NCBI GenBank assembly: GCA_016784545.1 | Contig: JADHUM010000003.1 | Coordinates: forward strand, 3,983 to 67,982 | Length of the DNA stretch: 64,000 nt | Direction: 5' to 3' | Source: Fidelibacterota bacterium | GTDB taxonomy: Bacteria > Fidelibacterota > UBA8477 > JABMPR01 | Shown here: in pieces, positions 19,200 through 28,556 of the stretch | Layout: each line of letters begins with the position of its first letter | Position numbering within the stretch: the first letter of the stretch is position 1 | Program-made: the position numbers and the translations under genes | Notes under the pieces: model-generated | What the model was told of the DNA's origin: nothing | The model's database searches: none | The model's input: the letters and a program-made list of their open reading frames with translations, nothing else

Positions 19200-20204
19200 A
19201 TGCAAAAAGGTGTCCTGTTTATCATTATAAGCTTGATGATGATGGTGTTGATTCAGTGTGGTGAAAAAGCAGAACAACAACCACCTGAAGATTTATCCTA
19301 TCAACAGGGAGTTCTGGCAAAAGTGAAACCAATGTTTACCGCGGTTCCTGATAAAATGCCAGGTTCTGAAAATGATACTGATCCCAAGATCAAGCTTGGG
19401 GAAAAGCTCTATTTTGAAACGGCACTCTCCAATACCGGGGATATGTCCTGTAATACTTGCCATGATATCGCCACGGCAGGGGTTGACAACAAACCCACCT
19501 CAGAAGGGACCAATGGCATTCCAGGTCCCCGAAATTCCCCGACAGTTTTTAACGCCGGTTTTCATTTTGTTCAATTCTGGGATGGACGGGCAGCTGATCT
19601 AAATGAGCAAGCTGGTGGACCAATTTTAAATCCCGCTGAAATGGCAATTGCTGATTCCGCTACTGCTGTAGCAAAAATTAAAGCGATCCCTGAGTACGCC
19701 GCATTATTTACTGAAGCTTTCGGTGAGAACAGTATCAACTTTGAAAATATTACCGAAGCAATGGCTGCATTTGAGCGCACGCTGGTAAGTCATGATCGGT
19801 TTGATTCATTTTTAAAAGGGGATCTCAAAGCCATTACTAAAGCTGAGGTTGAAGGCCTGGACCTCTTCCTGGGTAAAGCCTGTGTAACCTGCCATACAGG
19901 CTCGATGCTGGGTGCAAACATGTACCAGAAAAATGGTCTTATCAAACCATACCATAATCTTGAAGATGAGGGTCGCTTTGAAGTGACTGGCAATGAGCAG
20001 GACAAATTCATGTTTAAAGTGCCTGCTTTAAGAAATATTGGTTTAACAGGACCATATTTTCATGATGGTGGTGTGGAAAGTCTTGAAGAAACCATCATCA
20101 TGATGGGTGATATGCAATTGATGCAACAGATATCCGATGAAGAAGCCAGCAGGATTGCTGCCTTTTTGAAAACTATGAACGGGAATCGTTTTACTAAAAG
20201 CTGA
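19200..20204 (+). CDS. Di-haem cytochrome c peroxidase.
   Basis: Two CxxCH haem sites (CNTCH, CVTCH), a signal peptide, and CCP-family length. Confidence 0.85.
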   Translation: MQKGVLFIIISLMMMVLIQCGEKAEQQPPEDLSYQQGVLAKVKPMFTAVPDKMPGSENDTDPKIKLGEKLYFETALSNTGDMSCNTCHDIATAGVDNKPTSEGTNGIPGPRNSPTVFNAGFHFVQFWDGRAADLNEQAGGPILNPAEMAIADSATAVAKIKAIPEYAALFTEAFGENSINFENITEAMAAFERTLVSHDRFDSFLKGDLKAITKAEVEGLDLFLGKACVTCHTGSMLGANMYQKNGLIKPYHNLEDEGRFEVTGNEQDKFMFKVPALRNIGLTGPYFHDGGVESLEETIIMMGDMQLMQQISDEEASRIAAFLKTMNGNRFTKS

Positions 20205-20226
20205 TTTTTAGCTTTCAGATGTAGGA

Positions 20227-20260
20227 TAAAAAAGCGAGGGCAGGTCCCTCGCTTTTTTTT
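20227..20260. terminator. Bidirectional rho-independent terminator.
   Basis: A-run, then gcgaggg-caggt-ccctcgc, then T8. It lies between two convergent genes. Confidence 0.8.
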
Positions 20261-20285
20261 AAAATGGATTGTTTTGGTAGGTTAG

Positions 20286-20729
20286 CTAGTGAGTAATAAA
20301 ATATGCCAGAATCTGCCGACTTAGCTCACCACCCAATAAGCCAGTTATCAATATAAGCATTGCCAGACCTGTACTTATTGCTGGAAAGAACCACCCCTTG
20401 AGAGCCCAATCCTTCTTCTCCAGAATGGCAAAAGTACGACCCACTGCCACCAGAATGATGATCCACACGGCGGCATTGCCAAGGGATGTATGTTTTTCAA
20501 AGGATGTTATGACTCCCTGGTGAAGTGATTCCTCCGCCACCACCAGAGTCTCAGCGAGGTTGCCACTGATGGCTGCAAAGATAGCAGACACTCCAGCCAT
20601 CAATTGTAGCACATACGCAGTCCAGGTATGCTGTGGAATGCTTTTTATCACACCATAGAGATCAAACAGGGCAGCAACGAGCAGAATGGCGATGGGAAAG
20701 TGGACAAAGAAGGGATGCAGTTCAGCCAT
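20286..20729 (-). CDS. DUF2231-like integral membrane protein.
   Basis: The HPFFVHFPIAILL N-terminus is typical of DUF2231, with about four transmembrane segments. Confidence 0.5.
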   Translation of the reverse strand: MAELHPFFVHFPIAILLVAALFDLYGVIKSIPQHTWTAYVLQLMAGVSAIFAAISGNLAETLVVAEESLHQGVITSFEKHTSLGNAAVWIIILVAVGRTFAILEKKDWALKGWFFPAISTGLAMLILITGLLGGELSRQILAYFITH

Positions 20730-20735
20730 TTTAGA

Positions 20736-22010
20736 CTAGTACAGTAGCTGTTTACGCGCCTGGAGCACATATTTGCTGGATTCGGATTGGACAAATACAA
20801 TAAGCTCCATGGGTCCAGCTACGCAATAGTCATCAGGTTTTTTCAAGCTATGCTGAAAGGTAATTAATCCATTGAGATTGCTAAGTGAGGTAAATGCCAT
20901 ATCCCGCATAACATCCATATGCAAATCTTCACCATTAGAGCCTGCAAAATGAATACTATCTTCAACCACTATGGTCCAAACCGTCATGTTAGTATGCGGT
21001 ATCCCAAAAGCATTCACGTCAAATTCCAGGTGTAGACTGTCCACGCTCTCCAGTACATCAACTCCAGATATGTATATAGTTGGGTCTGCAAGACTGGCGC
21101 TGCCCACCCGACCCGTCCAGTCATCCTCATCCAGGGTTGCGACATGAGTTCCGTCAATAACCAGACCCGGCGCGGCAAATATATTATAATATGCTCGTCG
21201 GGACTCAACTTCTCCTGGATTATAGAGATTCATAGGGTCAAATGGATCGGTCCAGTTGACATGATATCTAACTAAAACAAAATCATCCCCAAATGCATGG
21301 GAGATATTGTCCAGGTAGCCATTGGCCTCAGGACAATTGACGCATCCGGAATTGGTAAACAGTTCAGCAAAAACCTTTTTACGTATGGAGACATTTATTT
21401 CATAAAATACTGCTACGATTAGATCACTATTTATATCATAACATTCAATAATAAGTTCAGTCGTTCCGGGTATTTCTCCCATGAGGTTGAACCTGGTGAG
21501 TTCATCAGGTATTTGCTCCAGGCGATATGCACCGCCTGGATTTTGTTGGACAACAATTAGGGCTACTGAATCAAGGGCTGACAATTGCTCGGTGGACAGC
21601 TCGCTTGAAAAGTCCAATGTGAATGTTTCTCCCACATTGAGGGGAAGCGGTATTGATTCGGTAACATTAAGATGGATGTAATAGCTGGCGGATACTGGAG
21701 GGGAATCCGGTGCAACCAGTACATCATAGCTGAAGTATAAATCCAGCATTCCCTCACCCTTGCCAACCAGAATCAATTGCCCACCAAAATCATGGGCCAT
21801 GCGATCTATAATTTCTACAATGCTTGTATCTTGAATTTCGATCTCAGTAAAATTATCGCCCTGGGGTTGGATTTCGAGAATAATCGTGTCACCAATTGCA
21901 ATATTATATTCCTGTACCTTAGCCGAGTAATCGATACCAATTTCGGATGGTCGCCAATCACATGACCAGAGAAACAGGAACAGGAGCAATAGGAAGAGTC
22001 GAATTCTCAT
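20736..22010 (-). CDS. Lipoprotein with a thioredoxin-like CxxC segment (Omp28-like fold?).
   Basis: Lipobox LWSC. FTNSGCVNCP motif. The ATG overlaps the upstream gene's stop as ATGA. Confidence 0.45.
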   Translation of the reverse strand: MRIRLFLLLLFLFLWSCDWRPSEIGIDYSAKVQEYNIAIGDTIILEIQPQGDNFTEIEIQDTSIVEIIDRMAHDFGGQLILVGKGEGMLDLYFSYDVLVAPDSPPVSASYYIHLNVTESIPLPLNVGETFTLDFSSELSTEQLSALDSVALIVVQQNPGGAYRLEQIPDELTRFNLMGEIPGTTELIIECYDINSDLIVAVFYEINVSIRKKVFAELFTNSGCVNCPEANGYLDNISHAFGDDFVLVRYHVNWTDPFDPMNLYNPGEVESRRAYYNIFAAPGLVIDGTHVATLDEDDWTGRVGSASLADPTIYISGVDVLESVDSLHLEFDVNAFGIPHTNMTVWTIVVEDSIHFAGSNGEDLHMDVMRDMAFTSLSNLNGLITFQHSLKKPDDYCVAGPMELIVFVQSESSKYVLQARKQLLY

Positions 22011-23704
22011 AGTCGCCACTCCAGTGCCAGACGGAAACCCTCAAAGGGATTTAAAACACGACAAACGCCACCAGTACAACGGACACCACCCTTTTCTTTG
22101 CCATAAGAAGCCCGGACCCACAATCCATTTCTGGGTTTGATGGATACCTCACCACTGACCCAATGTTGGATATCTTCCCCACTGGTCACCAAACTTGGAT
22201 CATTGCTCATGTCCCAGATAATCGCAGCGGAGTAATTGTGATCATAATCTGCACTGGCAATAAAATGGCCACTTTGAAAGTTGTGACCTTCTAATTCACT
22301 ACCAGAATACAGTTCACCATATACTTTGGATGTCTGCAATTCAACCACTGTGGAAAGGACCAGCGTTGTATTGGGATGCCATGATAAGTAGGCTGGCACC
22401 AGTGTGTAATGTTCCATCACTTCAGCAGCAGATTGGCCACTTAAAACGGATCTGGTGTAGGCAATTAACAATCTCTGATAAAAACTTGATCCAGAATACT
22501 CGAATTCTGCATAGTATTCCTGCCAGGGATTTCTATCTAAATCCTGTGTAGGCAGAATCCCAGGTGCACCATCTGAAGCAGATTGGGAAGTTTGTGCGCC
22601 ATTAAGGACGATTGACCATGTATCTGAAAGTGTTTTTCGTATTTCAAGATTCCAACCCAATTCGTCACCATAGTCAACAGGGTGGGTTACATTTCCCAAC
22701 AAACTGATATCATGCTCTCTGATGCCCGTAGGTCCCATTTGCCAGGGTAGTGGTTTGGTGGCCAGGAGCAAGGGATTACGCTTCTGTGACGAGGTCTCAG
22801 GGCCATTCAAATAGCGTTTATATTCGAATAGAGTCGTGAACCAGTCTGGGAACCAATTAACCTGGAGATTTAAGGCCTGCCCTTCCTGGGTGTACTTTGG
22901 CGTACCATTATTAAGAACTTGCCCATTCTCTATTTGTTGGATACTCTGTGTGACTACGGGATAATCAAAGGCTTTCCAGGTTCTATTGTATTCCAGATAC
23001 AAATCCCAACTCTCACCATAAATAGATTGCCCCCATCCACCCTGGATGGCATTCATTTGCTGGGTCACTGTGTCTGTGACGATCAATCCAATATCAGAAT
23101 CCAACTCCTGCCACACGAAATCAGATTCCATACGACTTGCGACAATGTATGGGATCAGAGACCACACGCCACTTTCACTATTGAGAGTTGCTTCTGCACC
23201 GGCCAGTTCATAGGCAGCCATACCATCAGGTTCTCGGAGGTCTGAACTAGGAGAATAGAATCTATATTCCTTTTTAAACCCGGCCAGCAAATCAAGTTCA
23301 TGATTTTCCATAAATACAGATGAATATCTCAGGCCCATGATCTCATTGTCAAAATCGATAGCCTGATTCTCATCCAGATTCAACGCCAATCCTCTACCAA
23401 AAACAGCTGAGATATCCCCTATTTCAAGAGAACGAGAATTGCCTATGTAGCTGATGAAAAAGCGATCAACGCCCTGATATTCAAATCCATATTCTGGAGG
23501 TTGACTGGACTCTACTGATAGATCCAGATACCATTGACCAATCTCGATGGATCCACTTATAAAATTTTCGAAGTAATTGTAATCGGTCCCAACTTGTTCG
23601 CCTCGTCCCAGATTTGATTTGAGACCAAGATTCCAGGACACACCTTCAGCAATGAGACCTAGTGGAATTGCTAAAAGGATGAGTGTTCTGAAAAATAAGG
23701 ACAA
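22007..23704 (-). CDS. Secreted protein, probably an outer-membrane beta-barrel, with a conserved C-terminal GGVxCTGGVCRVLNPFEGF motif.
   Basis: Signal peptide, alternating amphipathic strands and an aromatic-rich C-terminus. No catalytic motif. Confidence 0.4.
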   Translation of the reverse strand: MSLFFRTLILLAIPLGLIAEGVSWNLGLKSNLGRGEQVGTDYNYFENFISGSIEIGQWYLDLSVESSQPPEYGFEYQGVDRFFISYIGNSRSLEIGDISAVFGRGLALNLDENQAIDFDNEIMGLRYSSVFMENHELDLLAGFKKEYRFYSPSSDLREPDGMAAYELAGAEATLNSESGVWSLIPYIVASRMESDFVWQELDSDIGLIVTDTVTQQMNAIQGGWGQSIYGESWDLYLEYNRTWKAFDYPVVTQSIQQIENGQVLNNGTPKYTQEGQALNLQVNWFPDWFTTLFEYKRYLNGPETSSQKRNPLLLATKPLPWQMGPTGIREHDISLLGNVTHPVDYGDELGWNLEIRKTLSDTWSIVLNGAQTSQSASDGAPGILPTQDLDRNPWQEYYAEFEYSGSSFYQRLLIAYTRSVLSGQSAAEVMEHYTLVPAYLSWHPNTTLVLSTVVELQTSKVYGELYSGSELEGHNFQSGHFIASADYDHNYSAAIIWDMSNDPSLVTSGEDIQHWVSGEVSIKPRNGLWVRASYGKEKGGVRCTGGVCRVLNPFEGFRLALEWRL

Positions 23705-23712
23705 AGGGGGTA

Positions 23713-24204
23713 TTAACTTTTTTTCTGAGCCGCCAGAGCTTTCTTGATTTCAGCTTCCATTTGGGCCTCATCACCAGGGAGATAACCCGTATGCTCCCAG
23801 AGAATTTTGCCCTGAGCATCAACCAGGATTGAAAAGGGCATGGCCGTTGTATTGAAATTCTTGTACAACTTTTGCTCTGTATCAAGAAGCACAGTATATT
23901 CAAGTTTTTGAGACTTGACCATGGACTTGACCCGGCCAACTGTTCGAGAATCATCAATGGAGATACCAATGACTTGAACATTTTGATCGGCGTAAGTTTT
24001 ATTAATCCGGTTCAGATGTTTCATCTCTTTTCGACACGGAACACAGTAGGTCGCCCAAAAATTGATGAGAGTCACCTGGCCTTCAACCAACTCATTGAGA
24101 CTGTGAGTTTTATTTTTCATGTCCTTGAGATTCACCTGGGGTAAGTTTTTCTCCTGGCCATAGGAAATTGCCACGATCAAAAGGAGAGGAAGTAGGCGCA
24201 TCAT
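23713..24204 (-). CDS. TlpA/ResA-family thiol:disulfide oxidoreductase.
   Basis: Signal peptide; WATYCVPC thioredoxin active site. Confidence 0.8.
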   Translation of the reverse strand: MMRLLPLLLIVAISYGQEKNLPQVNLKDMKNKTHSLNELVEGQVTLINFWATYCVPCRKEMKHLNRINKTYADQNVQVIGISIDDSRTVGRVKSMVKSQKLEYTVLLDTEQKLYKNFNTTAMPFSILVDAQGKILWEHTGYLPGDEAQMEAEIKKALAAQKKS

Positions 24205-24917
24205 TTTATCACACTCACCTGTCTGGAGATGGTTTCACCCGCTCCTGAGGCACTAATGATATAATTGCCGGAGGACAAGCCATACATATTCCATTGGAGA
24301 TGATTCTTGCCAGAATTTAGCTGGTAATTCCTGGTCAGTATTTCTCTTCCATCAAGTGAATAAAGAATGATTGAATAGTCCCCGCTCTTTTTAAGATTCA
24401 GATTAAAATTGACTGATGCATTGGTTGGATTCGGGTAAATATGCGAGAGTTCAAATGAGTTAGGCCTTGCGAAAGACCCATCAATTGAGACGGCAACAAA
24501 CTCCAAACTGAAATTAACTGAATCAACTTCCATCGTTGAGGAATCTACGGCAAACATGGTCCAACGTCCTATTCCCTCTATACCATTTGGATAGGTGTCA
24601 AGAGTGAACAAGGCAGTATCCGAAGCAGCCAGGTCAAATGTGAAATTATCCAGAAAAGGCGGTAAACAGGCCGGTCCGACGCAAAATGAGTTTGTCCAAG
24701 AGGCATCTATTTCATGAGTAACTCTGGTAACAGAAATCGATTGTGATGAGGCGGCAAGACTGATTATATCACCGTGAAGAATAACGAAATCCTCGTTTCC
24801 TATATAGGCGGAATCATATTGAACAAATTCAAAGTTGTTGTTTTGTCCAAACAATGCAGGCCCGATAAACAGCGCCAGAATCAATATTTTAAATGGTTTG
24901 AGTGTTTTCCCCATCAT
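24201..24917 (-). CDS. Secreted protein with a T9SS C-terminal sorting domain.
   Basis: C-terminal about 80 aa beginning YPNPTNASVNFNLNL and ending VSVIK (Por secretion tail type A). Signal peptide. The start is taken at MMGKTL. Confidence 0.65.
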   Translation of the reverse strand: MMGKTLKPFKILILALFIGPALFGQNNNFEFVQYDSAYIGNEDFVILHGDIISLAASSQSISVTRVTHEIDASWTNSFCVGPACLPPFLDNFTFDLAASDTALFTLDTYPNGIEGIGRWTMFAVDSSTMEVDSVNFSLEFVAVSIDGSFARPNSFELSHIYPNPTNASVNFNLNLKKSGDYSIILYSLDGREILTRNYQLNSGKNHLQWNMYGLSSGNYIISASGAGETISRQVSVIK

Positions 24918-25110
24918 CAGTCTTCTCGTCCTTTTCTTTGGCTGGCCACATAAAAACAAGACCCATCATCGCTCCATAGGCAGTACTAATAAACGGATTC
25001 GAGGTTATCGCACACGTCCCTGAAGCGCAGCCAATATAATAGTAATAAAGGTATCCGAGGATAGCTCCAACTGCTAAACCTGATAACATTTTAATGTATC
25101 TTTTATTCAT
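24889..25110 (-). CDS. Small membrane protein with a CxSGxC motif (YgaP-associated / DUF2892-like?).
   Basis: One or two TM helices and a GCASGTC motif. It follows rhodanese directly, with 2 bp between the rhodanese stop and its ATG. Confidence 0.4.
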   Translation of the reverse strand: MNKRYIKMLSGLAVGAILGYLYYYYIGCASGTCAITSNPFISTAYGAMMGLVFMWPAKEKDEKTDDGENTQTI

Positions 25111-25510
25111 TGTTGAATACTTTCTTCTTGAACATGCCATTTTCCATGTAGGATGCATCAAATCCTGCTAATCTCAGTACGCGAGCGCCTTGCCGTGAAC
25201 GATTGCCTGTGGGACACAAAACCAACATGGGTTGATCCTTATACTTGTTTAGCTCCATGTAACGATCTTCCAGTGAAAGCAGGGGTATCTGCATTGTATT
25301 CGACCAGGGTGCCGGCCGATCTGCAATTTCAGATTCCGTGCGAACATCGATTAAGATATACCTGCTGGAGTCTGAATATTGTCGGCTAAACGACTCATAG
25401 CTCATCGTGGGAATGTCATAATGATCCCCATAGATACCTTCTACACCCATATAAATGGTGCCCCCGGTTCCCAATAGAATCATGGAGTATGCTATGAGGC
25501 GATGGATCAT
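25103..25510 (-). CDS. Rhodanese-domain sulfurtransferase.
   Basis: Active-site loop CPTGNRS in a 135-aa single rhodanese domain. Confidence 0.75.
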   Translation of the reverse strand: MIHRLIAYSMILLGTGGTIYMGVEGIYGDHYDIPTMSYESFSRQYSDSSRYILIDVRTESEIADRPAPWSNTMQIPLLSLEDRYMELNKYKDQPMLVLCPTGNRSRQGARVLRLAGFDASYMENGMFKKKVFNNE

Positions 25511-25929
25511 GCGGTGTTATGGTTCTCGACTTTTGCTGTAATTTCAACCGTAGCCGCCAACATGGCACTCACCGAACAATACGTATCTTTGGAAAGCTTA
25601 ACCGCCCGCTCCAATTTCTTTTGAGGAAGATCTTTGCCATAAAAGTGATATGTCATATCAATTCGGGTGTAGACTTTTGGGTGATCTTCAGCACGTTCTG
25701 CGTGAATATCAATTTCAAAATTTTCCAAAGGAACTTTCATTTTCTTTAACATGGTCTCAACATCGATAGCGGTACATCCTCCCAGACCAAACAGGACCAT
25801 CTCCATGGGACCGCTTGCAGCCTCCTGGCCACCTATCGTTTTTGAGACATCCATCATGGTCCAATGGTTTGAAGTACCCCTGGCGGCAAAGGTTCCACCT
25901 TTTACCTGTTGAATCTTAACTTCTGACAT
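25507..25929 (-). CDS. OsmC/Ohr-family peroxiredoxin-like protein.
   Basis: About 140 aa with the two conserved Cys regions (GGCTAID ... DTYCSVS). Confidence 0.7.
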   Translation of the reverse strand: MSEVKIQQVKGGTFAARGTSNHWTMMDVSKTIGGQEAASGPMEMVLFGLGGCTAIDVETMLKKMKVPLENFEIDIHAERAEDHPKVYTRIDMTYHFYGKDLPQKKLERAVKLSKDTYCSVSAMLAATVEITAKVENHNTA

Positions 25930-26008
25930 AATCTATAACCCTAATTTTCACACTTTACTGCCGTTCTGACACCACCTAATATGGTCCCCCAGAACAACAA
26001 ATCAATTT

Positions 26009-26215
26009 CTATAATGTTTGTTCCAATATCAACGTGTTCATTCTTTCAACAATGTCATCGATATTGGTGAGACCCTTTTCCATGGCTTGCGCTTCCAGGG
26101 TACCCCAGACAGCTTCACCACAAGCCAGACAGACAATACCTTCCGTCTTGAGTGGGCCGATTAATTTTGGATATTCCTGGACTAGATCTTCTATCAACAT
26201 TTCCTTATTTATCAT
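26009..26215 (-). CDS. DUF1858 (hybrid-cluster-protein-associated redox disulfide domain) protein.
   Basis: 68 aa with an IVCLACGEAVWGTLEAQA CxxC core. Confidence 0.6.
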   Translation of the reverse strand: MINKEMLIEDLVQEYPKLIGPLKTEGIVCLACGEAVWGTLEAQAMEKGLTNIDDIVERMNTLILEQTL

Positions 26216-26292
26216 CGGTAATCATCCTTTTTGAATAATCTCATGGAATACGGAGTAGGGAAACATCATTCGGTACACGTGGGAAATTCGAA

Positions 26293-26312
26293 GCGAGGAT
26301 TCGAATCCTCGC
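26293..26312. promoter_or_regulatory. Perfect 20-bp palindrome GCGAGGATTCGAATCCTCGC between the CoADR and DUF1858 genes.
   Basis: Read directly from the sequence. A second TTCGAA lies 8 bp upstream. Confidence 0.5.
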
Positions 26313-26343
26313 CCATTTATTCTACAAAGACCCAACTCCTAAT

Positions 26344-27693
26344 TTACTTGCTGGCCACATTTGCAGCGACATGTACGGGATCATAGACTGGCGCAAAAGG
26401 TGGAGCATAGGTTAAATCCAACATACCTATATCCTCTGCAGTCATTCTGGCTGTGATAGCTGTGGCGAGAACATCTAATCGTTTGGCGACACCTCCCATG
26501 CCTATCATTTGGGCACCAAGGACTCGCCCAGTGTCTTTTTCCACCACAAGTTTTATGGTTACAGGTGTGGATCCAGGATAATAGTGTGCTCGACTTCCAG
26601 CTTTAATGGTTGTTGTTTCAAACTCACCCAGGTCTTCAATTGTACTGGCCTGTTTCTCTGTGATTCCGGTCTGGGAAATTGTATAATCAAATACTTTGGC
26701 CACGGCAGTCCCCAGGATTCCGGGAAACCTTGTGCTAGCTCCGGCCATATTTTCTCCTGCAACCCGCCCCCCCTTATTGGCAGAAGGAGCCATGGGAATC
26801 CACCGACTCTCATCAAGAACGAGATGATTATGCTCGGCACAATCACCAGCAGCAAAGATGTTTTCCATATTGGTTTGCATGTGCTCATCGATAAGAATTG
26901 CGCCACTTTTTCCCACCTTAATTCCAGCCTCAACGGCTAGCTCTGCATTTGGTCTCACTCCCGTAGATACGATAACCATATCGGTGTGTATGTGTCCAGC
27001 AGAAGTCTGAATCTGGAGTCTGCCGTTCAATTTTTCTATGCTGTTCACTGTGGTCTCAAACTGGAGATCTACCCCATGCTCAATTACATTTTCAGTTACT
27101 TTTTCCAGTAATTCTTTATCCATTGAGGGTGCAATCTGATCTCCCCTGACCACCATGGATACATCAATCTTGAGATGCCTACAGGCTTCGGCCATTTCCA
27201 GCCCGATGTGGCCACCGCCGATGATGGTTGCATGCTTAATTTCATGGTCTGCTATGTAATTTTTAATCCGGTGTCCATCTGCCAGGCTTCGCAGGGTAAA
27301 AACACCCTCAGAATTCACACCTGGAATGGGTGGTACAATTGCACGAGCGCCAGTTGCGATGAGAAGTGCATCATATGTTTCTACAAACTCTTCACCGGTA
27401 CTCAAATTTTGAACAACAATGCTATTCATGGAAGGATCAATTTCCATCACTTCATGTCCAATGCGAACATCGATATCTCTTTTTTCACGTGCACTTTCTG
27501 GAGTGAGCACTTGTAGTTTACTTCCATCATCTATGACACCACTGATCCAATAAGGCATGCCACAGGCTGCAAAACTAATGTGTGGTCCTTTTTCAAAAAC
27601 AACAAGTTTAGAATCTGGCTGCATGCGCCTGATTTTGCTGGCTGCACTCATTCCAGCTGCATCTCCACCGATAATCACATATTTTTTATTCAT
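26344..27693 (-). CDS. CoA-disulfide reductase / NADH oxidase family FAD-dependent pyridine nucleotide-disulfide oxidoreductase.
   Basis: GGDAAG FAD motif, SFAACGMPYW redox-active single Cys, GGGHIGLE NAD motif. The start is taken at MNKKYVIIGG. Confidence 0.8.
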   Translation of the reverse strand: MNKKYVIIGGDAAGMSAASKIRRMQPDSKLVVFEKGPHISFAACGMPYWISGVIDDGSKLQVLTPESAREKRDIDVRIGHEVMEIDPSMNSIVVQNLSTGEEFVETYDALLIATGARAIVPPIPGVNSEGVFTLRSLADGHRIKNYIADHEIKHATIIGGGHIGLEMAEACRHLKIDVSMVVRGDQIAPSMDKELLEKVTENVIEHGVDLQFETTVNSIEKLNGRLQIQTSAGHIHTDMVIVSTGVRPNAELAVEAGIKVGKSGAILIDEHMQTNMENIFAAGDCAEHNHLVLDESRWIPMAPSANKGGRVAGENMAGASTRFPGILGTAVAKVFDYTISQTGITEKQASTIEDLGEFETTTIKAGSRAHYYPGSTPVTIKLVVEKDTGRVLGAQMIGMGGVAKRLDVLATAITARMTAEDIGMLDLTYAPPFAPVYDPVHVAANVASK

Positions 27694-28019
27694 AAATCCC
27701 CTCTCAGGATAGCATTTCGAACATATCTTTGAGTATGGGATCAAAGCAGGGTGACAAACTATTTTGGGATAGATAAATAGAGTAGCAAGACGATTAAATA
27801 AGGGGCTGTCTCAGAACCTGATTATGTCTCTTTCTTTTAGCCACGGATACACACGGATTTATGAAAAATCCATTTTCAGGGCTATTTTTTTTTAGATTAA
27901 AGGCGAACATCATTTCACCATTTATACCCCTATACCTTTATACCCTACTGCGCCCGTCACTTATAAAAAAAAGGCCACCCTTTTGGGATAGCCTCTTTTT
28001 AATCGATTATGACTCGTAA

Positions 28020-28289
28020 TTAGCTGAGTTTAGCCAGAATATCACTCCGGTTAAGGATGAGGTAATCTGTCCCATCATATGCGAGTTCATCACCAGAATA
28101 TTTTCCATAGAGGATAACATCACCCTCTTTGATCAATTCCTGCAATTCTTCATCATTTCCCACAGCGGCAACAGTGCCACGACGTGGTTTTTCTTTGGCT
28201 GTATCTGGTATGATAATACCTGAGGCTGTTTTTTCTTCCTCACCAGCAGGAATAACTAATACACGATCATCTAAAGGTTGAATTTTCAT
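28020..28289 (-). CDS. groES: Co-chaperonin GroES (Cpn10), with no groEL downstream.
   Basis: MKIQPLDDRVLV...GTVAAVG...SDILAKL aligns along the full length of Cpn10. Confidence 0.8.
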   Translation of the reverse strand: MKIQPLDDRVLVIPAGEEEKTASGIIIPDTAKEKPRRGTVAAVGNDEELQELIKEGDVILYGKYSGDELAYDGTDYLILNRSDILAKLS

Positions 28290-28298
28290 TTCTTTCTC

Positions 28299-28553
28299 CT
28301 ATATCCCTAATAAACTATTGATTTTATTTCTATCAAAGCCAACGACTGGACGATTATTAATCCACAGTTGAGGAACGCCCTGCTGACCTGTTTTTCTTAG
28401 CATATCTTGTGCAGCTTTTTGATTTCTGCTAACATCTATCTCTTTAAACTTTATCCCGTTCTCTCTCAAATAACGCTTTGCAGTGGTACAATGTGAACAA
28501 GTCGGGGTAGTAAACATGACTACTTTTTTGACCTGTGTTGTTAATGTTGCCAT
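28299..28553 (-). CDS. Glutaredoxin-like small redox protein (YruB/NrdH-like).
   Basis: 84 aa with a TCSHC CxxC motif in a thioredoxin-fold context. Confidence 0.65.
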   Translation of the reverse strand: MATLTTQVKKVVMFTTPTCSHCTTAKRYLRENGIKFKEIDVSRNQKAAQDMLRKTGQQGVPQLWINNRPVVGFDRNKINSLLGI

Positions 28554-28556
28554 TTT

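Noticed and set aside
26285-26320. tRNA-like T-arm sequence (GGATTCGAATCC) suggesting a tRNA gene.
   Set aside because: No acceptor stem, D-arm or anticodon arm can be built around it. It is a perfect 20-bp palindrome, better explained as a hairpin or operator.
27960-27998. Strong terminator call after groES.
   Set aside because: A T8 run is present (on the minus strand), but the preceding stem (ggccaccc/gggatagcc region) pairs poorly. It is kept as a plausible hairpin and not listed as a confident terminator feature.
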